A stretch of DNA of 64,000 nucleotides from Gemmatimonadales bacterium. GTDB taxonomy: Bacteria; Gemmatimonadota; Gemmatimonadetes; Longimicrobiales; Gaopeijiaceae. A program made the position numbers and the translations under genes. Below the pieces are notes generated by a model. That model was not told the origin of the DNA. It worked only from the letters and a program-made list of their open reading frames with translations, and searched no databases. Below are positions 1 to 9,150 of this stretch, piece by piece (position 1 is the stretch's first letter; each line of letters starts with the position of its first letter). The stretch is from the NCBI GenBank assembly GCA_050485865.1, contig JBJHCE010000003.1, positions 1,506 to 65,505 of the forward strand, written 5' to 3'.

Positions 1-902
1 CCTTCATCGAGAACGCACGGGAGCGGGGGGACCTCTTCATCGTCCAGCCGTGGGAGGAGTACTCGGAGGCGAACCACGAGACGTGGGCGAGCCTGTATAC
101 CCGGATGCAGGACCGCTGGGAGCGGTATGCGAACCACCGGTTCCTGCAGGGAATCGAGGCCCTCGCCCTGCCGTCGGACCGGGTGCCGCGCCTCGAAGAG
201 GTCAACCAGTTCCTGGCGCCCCTCACCGGGTTCGTCGCGAAGCCGGTGGCCGGGTACGTCCCCGCCTACCTCTTCTTCGACTGCCTGCACCGTCGGGAGT
301 TTCCGACCACGATCACCGTGCGGGACGGCCGGACGCCGGACTACCTCCCGGAGCCCGACATCTTCCACGACATCGCCGGGCACGTTCCCATGCACACCGA
401 CCCGGCCTTCGCCGATACCCTCGTCAAGTTCGGCGAGGTATCGAAGTTCGCCGTGCGGCGCCTGGTGGAGTCCGGGTTCGAGGGAGCGGACCTCCGGGCC
501 CGCCTGGCCTCGAACATGCGGGCCATGGCGCGCTTCTTCTGGTTCACCATCGAGTTCGGTCTGATGAAGGACCACACCCCGGGCGCGGGACCGAACGACC
601 TGCGTGTCTACGGGTCCGGGCTCCTCAGCTCCTTCGGCGAGATCGCCCACTGCATCGAGAGCCCCGACGTGCAGCGCTTCCCGTTCCAGCTGGAATGGGT
701 CGTGAACCAGGCCTTCGAGATCCACCACTACCAGCCACTGCTGTTCGTGGTGGAGGACTTCGATCACCTGTTCGCCGAGGTGAAGCGACTGGAGGAGTGG
801 ATCGCCGAGGGGCGGCTCGACAACGTCGCCCCCTGCGAGCCCGAGATCACCCAGGACGAGATCGAGGTCTCGCTCGAGGCGGCCCGGGCAGCCCTGGCCT
901 GA
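1..902 (+). CDS. phhA: Phenylalanine-4-hydroxylase (aromatic amino-acid hydroxylase), 5-prime end cut by window edge
   Basis: The frame is open from nt 3 (FIENARERGDLFIVQPWEEY...), so the track ATG at 105 is internal. The iron-ligand region PDIFHDIAGHVPMH and the core FWFTIEFGL are typical of bacterial PAH. Confidence 0.9.
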   Translation, partial: FIENARERGDLFIVQPWEEYSEANHETWASLYTRMQDRWERYANHRFLQGIEALALPSDRVPRLEEVNQFLAPLTGFVAKPVAGYVPAYLFFDCLHRREFPTTITVRDGRTPDYLPEPDIFHDIAGHVPMHTDPAFADTLVKFGEVSKFAVRRLVESGFEGADLRARLASNMRAMARFFWFTIEFGLMKDHTPGAGPNDLRVYGSGLLSSFGEIAHCIESPDVQRFPFQLEWVVNQAFEIHHYQPLLFVVEDFDHLFAEVKRLEEWIAEGRLDNVAPCEPEITQDEIEVSLEAARAALA

Positions 903-1136
903 CCCCCGGCCCCGGGGACCGTCCCCCCGATCCGCTCGGGTGGCGGAGTCCGGACCGAACGCGCCTTCCCGAACACGGTTGTTGCCGTTCGGCGAGGTCC
1001 GCCGTATTCTGCGGCGGGCACGGACCGTGCCTGCGCCGATCTTGCGGGGGCGCCCTCATCCCGCGGTTCACATGGCGGCCGAGCGGAGCGGACCTCCCGG
1101 TTCCCGACGCCGCCGAGGAAGTTCAGGGAGTACGGT

Positions 1137-1346
1137 ATGCGTACGACTGGGATCGTGAAGTGGTTCAACGACAGCAAGGGCTTCGGGTTCATCACCCCCG
1201 AAGACGGATCCAAGGACTGCTTCGTGCACCACAGCTCCATCCAGGGCAGCGGCTTCAAGTCTCTCGCCGAGGGCGCCCGCGTCGAGTTCGACGTGGTCCA
1301 GGGCCAGAAGGGTCCCGCGGCCGAGAACGTGGTGCAGCTCGACTGA
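1137..1346 (+). CDS. cspA: Cold-shock protein (CspA family)
   Basis: 69 aa. Carries the KGFGFI (RNP1) and CFVHHSSI (RNP2-like) motifs. A GGGAG Shine-Dalgarno lies about 6 nt upstream, and there is a 235-nt non-coding leader upstream. Confidence 0.95.
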   Translation: MRTTGIVKWFNDSKGFGFITPEDGSKDCFVHHSSIQGSGFKSLAEGARVEFDVVQGQKGPAAENVVQLD

Positions 1347-1389
1347 GCCTTCCCCTCCGGGACGCCGGAGTCTCCATTTCCACGCGGCT

Positions 1390-1407
1390 CCCCGGCCCAG
1401 GCCGGGG
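1390..1407 (+). terminator. GC hairpin downstream of csp (possible intrinsic terminator without U-tract)
   Basis: CCCCGGCC-ca-GGCCGGGG perfect inverted repeat about 44 nt after the csp stop. No T-run follows it. Confidence 0.25.
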
Positions 1408-1419
1408 GGCCGCTGTGCC

Positions 1420-2157
1420 TTGATCCCACCTCCCGCCTGGACCATGATCGCCGACCTCCCCCCCGATCCGGATCACGACGCTCCCGGGGTCAACGTGCTC
1501 GGATCCACCGGGCTCGTGGGATCCGCGGTCGTGGACCTCCTTCTCCGGCACCCCACCGGCCCCACGGTGCGGGTCTTCCAGCGGCGGTCCACCGGCACTC
1601 GGGTCGGTGACCGGGCCACCGAGGAGCACCTCGTGGACTTCGACCGCCCGGAGGGGTGGGTCCATCGGATCCGGGGGCGCGCCCTCGTGTCTGCCCTCGG
1701 CACCACGCGGAAGGTGGCGGGGAGCCAGGCGGCCCAGAGGAAGGTGGACCTGGACTACCCGCTCGCGGCCTGCCGGGCCGCCGCGGACCAGGGCGTGGGA
1801 ACCCTCGTCCTCGTATCGGCCATGGGGGCAAACCCCCGGGCGCGGGCGTTCTACCCGAGGCTGAAGGGGGAGCTGGAGGAGGAGGTCCGGGCCCTTCCCT
1901 TCTCCGCAGTCCACATCCTCCGCCCCGGGATCCTCGACGGCGAGCGCACCGAGTCCCGTCCCATGGAACGCCTCGGGATCCTCCTGGCCCGGGGTGCGGC
2001 CCGCCTCGGGGCCCCCGCGGCGCTCCGCCCGGTCCCGGCGGTGACCGTCGCCCGGGCGGCCGTCCGCCTCGCCCTCGCACCGCCCCCACCTCCCGGAAAG
2101 ACCTCCGTGCAGGTCCACGAGCAGAGGGACCTCTTCCGCATCGGAGCCCCGGAATGA
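1420..2157 (+). CDS. NAD(P)H-binding atypical SDR / NmrA-HTATIP2-like oxidoreductase
   Basis: N-terminal Rossmann motif GSTGLVGSAVV. ATG 1444 is an alternative start. The stop overlaps the next start (ATGA at 2154-2157). Confidence 0.7.
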   Translation: MIPPPAWTMIADLPPDPDHDAPGVNVLGSTGLVGSAVVDLLLRHPTGPTVRVFQRRSTGTRVGDRATEEHLVDFDRPEGWVHRIRGRALVSALGTTRKVAGSQAAQRKVDLDYPLAACRAAADQGVGTLVLVSAMGANPRARAFYPRLKGELEEEVRALPFSAVHILRPGILDGERTESRPMERLGILLARGAARLGAPAALRPVPAVTVARAAVRLALAPPPPPGKTSVQVHEQRDLFRIGAPE

Positions 2158-2828
2158 CCCCCGAGGCGGGCGTCGAGCGGGGGCCCGAGGATCCGTGGAG
2201 CTCCTCCGACGACGAGACGGTCTGGCCCGAGGCCACCCTCCGGCTGGCCAGGGACCCCCGGTTCGGACCCCTCGTGCGCCGGGCAGGCCCCGTCCGGCTC
2301 CCGCCCCCCGACCCGTGGCCCTTCGAGGCCCTCGCCCGGGCCATCGTCTTCCAGCAGCTTGCCGGAAAGGCCGCGGCCACGATCTGGGGGCGCGTACGGG
2401 CGCTCCTCCCGGGTGAGGTCACGCCCGCAGCCTTCGAGGCGCTCCCCGACGAGGCGCTCCGCGGTGCCGGGCTCTCCCGGCCGAAGTGCGCGGCGATCCG
2501 CGATCTCTCGCACCGCGTGGCCCGGGGCGAGCTCTCCCTCGAGGAACTCCCGGAGCGCTCCGATTCCGAGGTTCTGGAGGCTCTCACCCGGGTCCGGGGG
2601 ATCGGCCCATGGACGGCCCAGATGCACCTCATCTTCCAGCTCCGGCGCCCCGATGTCTGGCCCGTCGGCGACCTGGGGGTACGCACCGGATGGGCCCGGA
2701 TCCACGGACTCGACGCCACCCCGGACGCTCGCGCCCTCGACCCTGCCGCCGACCCCCACCGCCCCTGGCGGAGCGCCGTGGCCTGGTACTGCTGGCGCGT
2801 GGTGGACCTGGGGATGGAGGTGCCCTGA
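2154..2828 (+). CDS. alkA: DNA-3-methyladenine glycosylase II (HhH-GPD family)
   Basis: Helix-hairpin-helix LTRVRGIGPWTAQMHLIF and catalytic Asp context WPVGDLGVR. The start is set at the ATG overlapping the upstream stop. The track ORF from 1656 is an R/P/G-rich over-extension. Confidence 0.85.
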   Translation: MTPEAGVERGPEDPWSSSDDETVWPEATLRLARDPRFGPLVRRAGPVRLPPPDPWPFEALARAIVFQQLAGKAAATIWGRVRALLPGEVTPAAFEALPDEALRGAGLSRPKCAAIRDLSHRVARGELSLEELPERSDSEVLEALTRVRGIGPWTAQMHLIFQLRRPDVWPVGDLGVRTGWARIHGLDATPDARALDPAADPHRPWRSAVAWYCWRVVDLGMEVP

Positions 2829-2844
2829 CCCCCGCTCCACCGGA

Positions 2845-3009
2845 CTAGTGTGGTGTCGCCGAAGTCCTGTGGCAGTCGAGCGCCGCTGCATCCGCTCCAG
2901 CGTCGTTGCACCTCCTCGGCGTAGCGCTGCTATGCCTCGTCGGTGCGCCTAGCTGGAGCGGCGCTTCGTCTCTCTTGGTGCTCACAGGACTCCCGCGGCA
3001 CCACACTAG
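2845..3009. repeat. Nested imperfect inverted repeat (~165 bp) at a convergent gene junction
   Basis: Outer arms are CTAGTGTGGTG...AGTCCTGTG (2845-2871) versus CACAGGACT...CACCACACTAG (2983-3009). Inner complementary pairs are AGCGCCGCT/AGCGGCGCT and CCGCTCCAGC/GCTGGAGCGG. The interior is less GC-rich than the flanks. Confidence 0.6.
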
Positions 3010-3818
3010 CCGCCGCCGAGTCCCACCACCTCGCTCCTCCGCTCCAGCAGGATCACGTCCCTCCACCGACCGCGGAGCTCCCCGATCCGCTCGCGCCGCC
3101 CCACCTCCCGAAAGCCCGCCTTCCGGTGCAGGGCGAGGCTCGCCTCGTTCTCGGGGAAGATCCCGGCCTGGAGCGTCCAGAGCCCCGCGGCCTCGCTCGC
3201 CTGCACGAGTGTGGCCAGGAGGGCCCGCCCCACCCCTCGCCCCCGGGCCCCCTCGGCCACGTACACGCTCACCTCGGCCACCCCCCCGTAAACACAACGC
3301 CCGGAGACCGGCGCGAGGGCGCCCCACCCCACGATCACCCCCCCGATCCGCGCCGCCACCCGCCCTTCGGCCAGGTGCCCGGCATCCCACGCCGCCCACG
3401 GCGGAACCTCGGTCTCGAAGGTGGCGTTCCCTCCCGCGATGCCCTGGGCCAGGATCCGCGCCACCCCCGGCCAGTCCCCCGCCCGGAGGGCATCGACCCG
3501 GAGCTCCACCGGGAGGGGATCCCCGTCGAGGGCAAGGACCCGGTCCAGCCGCACCGGGTGGGGGGCGACACCTCCGAGCGTTTCGAGGCGCAGGTACTCA
3601 ACACCTTCGTGAGTATACACATCGATGATTCGCCCACGCGCCTCCCGCACCGCCCCGTCCTCGTCCAGCACCGCGAGCTCCACCACCCGCCGAAGCGTCG
3701 ATGCCGCCAGGAACCGGTCGTGCACCCCGCAGTCGATGGGGCGGTACGGAGCGTCCCCTGGCGCCTCCCTCGGAGCCCCGCCCGCGGCCCCGCCGGGAGC
3801 CGGCTCCTCCCCGGTCAT
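3006..3818 (-). CDS. Fusion protein: Rof (Rho-antagonist YaeO-like) domain + phosphinothricin/methionine-sulfoximine N-acetyltransferase (GNAT)
   Basis: The N-terminal YRPIDCGVHDRFLAAS...VEYLRLE...VRLDRV parallels E. coli Rof (YQPINCDDYDNLELAC...VEYLVVE...LRLDKI). The C-terminal half has GNATFETEVP...EVSVYVAEGARGRGVGRALL...NEASLALHRKAGF. The start ATG 3818 overlaps the upstream stop (ATGA). Confidence 0.8.
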   Translation of the reverse strand: MTGEEPAPGGAAGGAPREAPGDAPYRPIDCGVHDRFLAASTLRRVVELAVLDEDGAVREARGRIIDVYTHEGVEYLRLETLGGVAPHPVRLDRVLALDGDPLPVELRVDALRAGDWPGVARILAQGIAGGNATFETEVPPWAAWDAGHLAEGRVAARIGGVIVGWGALAPVSGRCVYGGVAEVSVYVAEGARGRGVGRALLATLVQASEAAGLWTLQAGIFPENEASLALHRKAGFREVGRRERIGELRGRWRDVILLERRSEVVGLGGG

Positions 3819-4630
3819 CGGGGTACGAACCGGACTTCGAACATCGTGGGCCACCGCTTCCCGGTCAGGAAGAAGGTGTCGGTCTCGGGGTTCCAGGCGA
3901 TCCCGTTCAGCACCGCCTCCGGGTCCACCGGCCGCCCGCTCCGGGGGTTCAGCGGCGTCGCATCGATCTCTGCCACCACCTCCCCCGTGGCCTTCCGGAT
4001 CCGCACGATCCGGTCGGTCTGGAAGACGTTCCCGTAGATGTAGTCCCCGACGCAGGCCAGCTCGTTCACCTCGTAGAGGGGCCGGTCCGCCAGGGTCACG
4101 GGAACCCGCTCCAGGACCTCGAAGGTCTCCGGGTCGCGCCGCACGAGAAGCGATCCGCCCGTCGTCATCCAGAGCGAGGTCCCGTCGTGGCAGAGCCCCC
4201 AGCCGTTCCCCGCGTACTCGATCCGGTCCAGGACCTCGAAGGTCGCCCGGTCGTAGACCCAGGCCACCCCCTCCTGCCAGGTGAGCTGGATCAGCCGGTC
4301 GCCCACGAGGGCGAGCCCCTCGCCGAAGTACGCCTCCGGAAGGGCGTGGCTCCTCAGGACCGTCCCCGTCTCCGGGTCCACCTCGCGAAGCGTCGAACCC
4401 CCGTAGGTCCCGGTACTCTCGTAGAAGAGCCCATCGTGGAGGAGGAGCCCCTGCGTGTAGGCCCCCGGATCGTGGGGAAGGACCCGGAGGATCTCAACCG
4501 TCTCCCGGGGCACCCCGGAGTCACACGCCGCGACCCCGACCCCGACTGAAACCGCCATCGCCATCGCGGCGGCCCGTGCGACGCCGCCCCGTCCCCCCTT
4601 CCCCCGCCCCTTCCTTGGCCCGTCGATCAC
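3815..4630 (-). CDS. Glutaminyl-peptide cyclotransferase (bacterial/plant beta-propeller type), lipoprotein
   Basis: YTQGLLLHDGLFYESTGTYGGSTLREVD...LTWQEG..WGLCHDG...NGIAW..FFLTGKRWP. The signal ends in lipobox VGVAAC. The GTG at 4630 overlaps the upstream stop (GTGA). ATG 4564 is an alternative start. Confidence 0.85.
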   Translation of the reverse strand: MIDGPRKGRGKGGRGGVARAAAMAMAVSVGVGVAACDSGVPRETVEILRVLPHDPGAYTQGLLLHDGLFYESTGTYGGSTLREVDPETGTVLRSHALPEAYFGEGLALVGDRLIQLTWQEGVAWVYDRATFEVLDRIEYAGNGWGLCHDGTSLWMTTGGSLLVRRDPETFEVLERVPVTLADRPLYEVNELACVGDYIYGNVFQTDRIVRIRKATGEVVAEIDATPLNPRSGRPVDPEAVLNGIAWNPETDTFFLTGKRWPTMFEVRFVPR

Positions 4631-5169
4631 CGGTTCCCCTCGCCTGTTGTCTGGTCTCCCTCGTCCACGATTCCCCCTTCCGGGCGCTCCCATTCGCCGA
4701 GGGCACAGCTCTGCATGGTGGTCTCCCCCCACCGCCCCCGGACCCAGCTCCCGGACCGCCACGAGATCACCGCCGCCGGGAGCCCCTCGGCCCCGGGAGG
4801 CGCGACCCGCACCGCCCCCTGGAGCACCGGACGCCCCCCCGGTCTCGCGGCTGCCCGCCCCCCCCGAAGCGCCTCCGGTAGTCCGGCCTCGAAGGCCATC
4901 GTCAGCGTCCCGTCTCCGGTCTCGTCCAGACGAAGCACCCCCACCCGGGCCTCGGCGTGGCTCGGATGGTCCAGGAGCACCCGGTCGAGCGCTTCCACCC
5001 CGTCGGGCCACGCCCCCGTCCGCACCCGGTACTCCCGGGCCGCCGCCGCCCACACCCCGAGAAGCTCCTCTGCCCCGGACACGAGGTCGTCGCTCGCCGG
5101 AGGCGGGCCACACGCCGCCATGAGCCCGGCGAGGAGCGCCAGGAGCAGCCGCCTCCCCGGGTCACCCAT
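4627..5169 (-). CDS. Hypothetical lipoprotein
   Basis: MGDPGRRLLLALLAGLMAAC lipobox. I recognise no other domain. The start was chosen at the signal peptide (the track ORF begins at 5361). Confidence 0.5.
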   Translation of the reverse strand: MGDPGRRLLLALLAGLMAACGPPPASDDLVSGAEELLGVWAAAAREYRVRTGAWPDGVEALDRVLLDHPSHAEARVGVLRLDETGDGTLTMAFEAGLPEALRGGRAAARPGGRPVLQGAVRVAPPGAEGLPAAVISWRSGSWVRGRWGETTMQSCALGEWERPEGGIVDEGDQTTGEGNR

Positions 5170-5435
5170 CGGTCGGGGGACCACCGGTGGCGGACGGGAG
5201 CGCCTGGCTTCCATGGGGATCGGACCCGGGGTTCGGGAAGGAGGCCCACGCGGGGCCGGAAGGGTCCAACCTACCCCGGGGGCCCCACCCCGATCAACCG
5301 GGGCCGCCCGCCCCGCCGGGGGTGGGCACCAGGGGCGGCTCCCCGCGCCCGAACTGGACACCGCCGCCCGGATCCCGTAGATCGAAGGGCCGATCCCCCC
5401 GCATCCACCCCGAGAACAACCCCGACGGAGCCCTC

Positions 5436-6824
5436 ATGCCCTTCGCCGTCCGACGCTGCATGCACCCCGGCCTCCCCCTCTTTGTCACGGCGTTCCTTTT
5501 CTGGGGATGCGACGCGCCCGCCGATCCGGAGCCACGGGCCCCGGGCGATTCCGCCGCCGAGGCCGATCCGGGGCCCCCGGAGATCGACGCGCGCTACCGG
5601 ACCGAGGTCGAGGCGCTGATGGAGAACCCGCGGGTGGGCGCTGCCATGGCCTACCTGGAAGCCATCGAGGAGCGGTCGCTGGGGGAGCTCGTGACCCTCA
5701 CCGAGATCCCTGCGCCCCCCTTCATGGAGGAAGAGCGGGCCCGGGCCTACGCCGAGATGCTCCGGGCCGCCGGCGCGGACTCGGTCTGGATCGACGGGAT
5801 CGGGAACGTGCTGGCGCTCCGGCGGGGGACGGCAGGCGACCGGACGGTGGCGGTGGATGCGCACCTGGACACGGTCTTCCCCCTCGAGACCGACGTGACG
5901 GTGCGGTTCCGGGGCGACACCCTCCACGCGCCCGGGGTGGGAGACGACACCCGGGGACTCATCGTGGTCAGGAACGTCCTCGAGGCCATGGTGGCGGAGG
6001 ATCTGAGGACCGAGGCCGACCTTCTCTTCATCGGCACGGTGGGCGAGGAGGGGCTCGGGGACCTCCGCGGGGTCAAGTACCTCTTCGGGGAGGACGGCGT
6101 GGGCGAGGAGGGGATCCGGATCGACGCCTTCATCGCCGTGGACGGGGGCGACGAAACCCGGGTGATGAACCAGGGGGTGGGGTCGCACCGCTACCGGGTC
6201 ACCTTCGAGGGCCCCGGGGGGCACTCGTGGGGTGCCTTCGGGCTCGTGAACCCCCACAACGCGCTCGCCGCCGCGATCACCCACTTCCTTCCCGGCGCCG
6301 ACGCCCACACGGCGAGCGGACCCCGAACGAGCTACAACATCGGGCGGATCGGCGGGGGGACGTCGGTGAACTCGATCCCCTTCGAGTCGTGGATGGAGGT
6401 GGACATGCGCTCCCTCGATCCGGCTTCGCTCCAGGCGCTGGACGACCTGTTCCAGGATGCGGTGCGTCGGGGGCTCGACGACGAGAACGCCCTGAGGCGG
6501 CGGGGGGCCGAGCTCACCGTGGATGTGGACATGGTGGGGAACCGGCCGGCGGGGACGATGGACCCGGCGAGCACACCCCTGGTGCAGCGGGCGCTGGCGG
6601 TGGTGGCGCGGCATGGCGGGGCGCCCTCGGTGGGGAGCGGGTCGACGAACGCAAACACCCCGATCTCCCTCGGGATTCCGGCGATCACGATCGGCCGCGG
6701 GGGGCGGGGGGGGAACGCCCACGCCCTCGACGAGTGGTGGCTTCCGGTGGACGCACACCTGGCCGCGCAGAATGCGCTCCTGGTCACCCTCGCGGAGGGC
6801 GGGTTTCCGGCCGGAGGCGGGTGA
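5436..6824 (+). CDS. M20-family metallopeptidase (peptidase T / tripeptidase-like), secreted
   Basis: Motifs VAVDAHLDTVF, APGVGDDTRG, GTVGEEGLGDLRG and the dimerisation-domain pattern. The start is at the ATG preceding the hydrophobic leader LPLFVTAFLFWGC. Confidence 0.8.
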   Translation: MPFAVRRCMHPGLPLFVTAFLFWGCDAPADPEPRAPGDSAAEADPGPPEIDARYRTEVEALMENPRVGAAMAYLEAIEERSLGELVTLTEIPAPPFMEEERARAYAEMLRAAGADSVWIDGIGNVLALRRGTAGDRTVAVDAHLDTVFPLETDVTVRFRGDTLHAPGVGDDTRGLIVVRNVLEAMVAEDLRTEADLLFIGTVGEEGLGDLRGVKYLFGEDGVGEEGIRIDAFIAVDGGDETRVMNQGVGSHRYRVTFEGPGGHSWGAFGLVNPHNALAAAITHFLPGADAHTASGPRTSYNIGRIGGGTSVNSIPFESWMEVDMRSLDPASLQALDDLFQDAVRRGLDDENALRRRGAELTVDVDMVGNRPAGTMDPASTPLVQRALAVVARHGGAPSVGSGSTNANTPISLGIPAITIGRGGRGGNAHALDEWWLPVDAHLAAQNALLVTLAEGGFPAGGG

Positions 6825-6836
6825 CCGGGGCGGCGG

Positions 6837-7475
6837 TCAGTCCACCGTGCGCACGCCGTCCAGGCGAACGGGCTGGACGAGCTCCACCGGGGCCGGGTAC
6901 TCCAGGTTCGGGAGCCAGCGGTACCAGAGTGCGCCGGCCGCGGCGACGATGGCGGCGTCCGCACAGGGGTCCCCGGTGCTCTCTTCGAGCTCGGGGGCGG
7001 AAGCGTGGCCGGTGATCCCGACCCGGAGGCGCACCGCTCCGTCCCGGGGGCCGGAGCCGGGAAGGAAGGCGTCGGCGCAGAGGAGCTCCACCTGGAGGCT
7101 CCCGAGGGTCACGCCCTCGTGGTCCAGGAACCGCTCCGCGGGCTGGGTCCGGTAGCTTCCGTCGGCGACCCGGATCGAGGGGGGACCGAAGTGGAGGTCT
7201 ACCTCGACCCCCCCGAGCACGAGGCTTCGGACGGCGGCGTCCCCGAAGTGCGGGTCCGAGGCCACCGAGAACTGGAATCGGGGCGCGAGAATGAAGAAGG
7301 CCGCGTGGGCGAGCAGCGCGATTCCCACCGAGGCCTGGACGATCCTCCGGTCCCTGGCCCGCTGTGCGCGGCGGCGGCGTTCGCGGATCACTTCCGGGGG
7401 GTCGCGGGTGGGCTCGACCCCCGGGGTCTCTTGCCCCCGCTTCGGGGGCTGCCCGGCAGGCGGGGGACCGGTCAT
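6837..7475 (-). CDS. Hypothetical membrane-anchored protein
   Basis: Basic N terminus, one TM (IVQASVGIALLAHAAFFILA) and a soluble C-terminal domain. The start overlaps the upstream stop (ATGA at 7472-7475). Confidence 0.55.
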   Translation of the reverse strand: MTGPPPAGQPPKRGQETPGVEPTRDPPEVIRERRRRAQRARDRRIVQASVGIALLAHAAFFILAPRFQFSVASDPHFGDAAVRSLVLGGVEVDLHFGPPSIRVADGSYRTQPAERFLDHEGVTLGSLQVELLCADAFLPGSGPRDGAVRLRVGITGHASAPELEESTGDPCADAAIVAAAGALWYRWLPNLEYPAPVELVQPVRLDGVRTVD

Positions 7476-8176
7476 CCGGACGCGGCGGCGGTGGCTGCGG
7501 CGACGGCGGCCACCACCGCGGCCTGGGTGGCGGCCACGGCGGCCCGGGTTGCCTCCGAGATCGGCACCCCCTCGAGTTCGCGGACCTCCTTCAGGCGCGC
7601 CCGGCGGGCGCGAAGGTACCTTCGATCGAAGACGTGGCGGAGAATCCCGCCTGCGTCGGCGAGGGCCAGCACCGAGGGGAGGCGGGGGTCTTCCGTGTCT
7701 GCGCCGTCGAGAACCCGGTGGAGGCCCTCCACGAGACGGGCCTCCGGGTCCGCGTCCACGGTGGGGTAGCGGACCCGCCGGAAGAGCCCGAGGACCCGGC
7801 CCTCGACGCGCTCCAGGAGGCCCCGTTCCACCACCTGCTCGGCGGCGCGGTGGCGGAACCCGCGCTCCGTGGCGAGGCGACCCACCCAGGTGGCGACGGT
7901 GCCCCGCCTGGGCGCGTGGTGGATCCGTTCCAGCGCTCCGTCGAGGAGGGGATCGCCGGTGGGCGAGGGATCGTGGACCTCGAGGAGCTGACGGCCGAAC
8001 CGCCCCGGGACCACGGTGAGGCGCTCTTCCAGGACGAGCTCGGTGATCACGGCGCCTGCGATGGCGTGGGAATGCATGGAGGAATGGAAGGTCCCCTTCT
8101 CGTCATGGACGGCGAGGAGAACCACCGCCTCGTACATGCGGAGGGGCGAGGGCCCTGCCGGGCGCCCGGGGCTCAC
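7472..8176 (-). CDS. GPP34/GOLPH3-family protein
   Basis: The pattern LLAVHDEKG......AIAGAVITELVLEERL....G..LLD is characteristic of bacterial GPP34-domain proteins. It is translationally coupled on both sides. Confidence 0.65.
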   Translation of the reverse strand: MSPGRPAGPSPLRMYEAVVLLAVHDEKGTFHSSMHSHAIAGAVITELVLEERLTVVPGRFGRQLLEVHDPSPTGDPLLDGALERIHHAPRRGTVATWVGRLATERGFRHRAAEQVVERGLLERVEGRVLGLFRRVRYPTVDADPEARLVEGLHRVLDGADTEDPRLPSVLALADAGGILRHVFDRRYLRARRARLKEVRELEGVPISEATRAAVAATQAAVVAAVAAATAAASG

Positions 8177-9150
8177 CCTGCACTCCCGGGTCCGAGGAGC
8201 CAGTCCACCACCGAGTCCATCACGTACCCCACGATCAGGGTATGTCCCTGCGCCTCCTCGACCCGGTACTCCACCCTCCGCCCGGCGCCTTCCGCGGCCT
8301 GGACCGCAGCCCCGATCCGCGCAGGCGGGATGATGGGATCGAGCCCCCCGGCGATCACGAGAAGGGGTGGAAGCCCTGTACCGGAAGCCGCCTCACCCCC
8401 GCCGCAGACCCCGGCAAGACATGCCACCGAGGCGATCCGGTCCGGGCTGCGGAGCGCCATGGACCAGGCCGCCGCCGCCCCCATCGAGTGACCGAGCAGG
8501 TGGACCCGCCTCCGGTCCACGCGGTGGGACGTCTCGACGAAGGCAAGGATCCGCTCGAGGGCCTCGGGGTCCGCGGCAGCGGCGGGCGTGGTGGGGGAGA
8601 CGAGCACGAAGCCCCGTTCCTCGGCCAGGGCGGCAAGGCGCCCCGCGCCGTAGGCCTCGACGAACATGTGCTCGTTCCCGCCGGCACCGTGGAGGGCCAC
8701 GATCACCGGGAGAGGGTCCGGACCCGGGTTTGCCGGGCCATGGACGCGGACCCGGATGGGCCCGCGGGAGCCTTCCACCACCTGTCCGCGCTCGGCGATC
8801 GCTCCCGAAGCGGCCCTTGCCTCCGCAACCTGGGCCTGCCGGCGGTCCGCGTCGGGCTCGATCCGGGCCACCAGGGCGTCCATGGCGGCCACCACCGGGT
8901 CCACCTGGCCCGCGAAGAAGAGGAAGGTGGCCTGGTCGAAGGCCCGGTTGAGCTCTGCCCACGCCTCCGGGGCCGGGGGACGGTCCCGGATCGCGAACTC
9001 CACACGGAGGAGCGCCTCGGCGAGGGCGGGGTCCGGGGCCGCGCCCGTCATGACCTGGGCATGAAGCCGGGGCGTTTCCGCAACGGACGCAGGGAGGAGT
9101 GCGACGAGGATCGCGAGCAACCGGAGGAGCGTGCGGAGGGATCGGGTCAA
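8173..9150 (-). CDS. Secreted alpha/beta hydrolase (esterase/dienelactone-hydrolase-like)
   Basis: Signal peptide, then VIVALHGAGGNEHMF, nucleophile elbow GHSMGA and a C-terminal GH motif (EAQGHTL). Confidence 0.75.
   Translation of the reverse strand: MTRSLRTLLRLLAILVALLPASVAETPRLHAQVMTGAAPDPALAEALLRVEFAIRDRPPAPEAWAELNRAFDQATFLFFAGQVDPVVAAMDALVARIEPDADRRQAQVAEARAASGAIAERGQVVEGSRGPIRVRVHGPANPGPDPLPVIVALHGAGGNEHMFVEAYGAGRLAALAEERGFVLVSPTTPAAAADPEALERILAFVETSHRVDRRRVHLLGHSMGAAAAWSMALRSPDRIASVACLAGVCGGGEAASGTGLPPLLVIAGGLDPIIPPARIGAAVQAAEGAGRRVEYRVEEAQGHTLIVGYVMDSVVDWLLGPGSAG

Noticed and set aside
910-926. 17-mer CCCCGGGGACCGTCCCC repeated at 910-926 and 31384-31400
   Set aside because: It is almost pure G/C and low-complexity. 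At this base composition, several exact 17-mer coincidences are expected in 64 kb on two strands, so I do not treat it as a repeat family.
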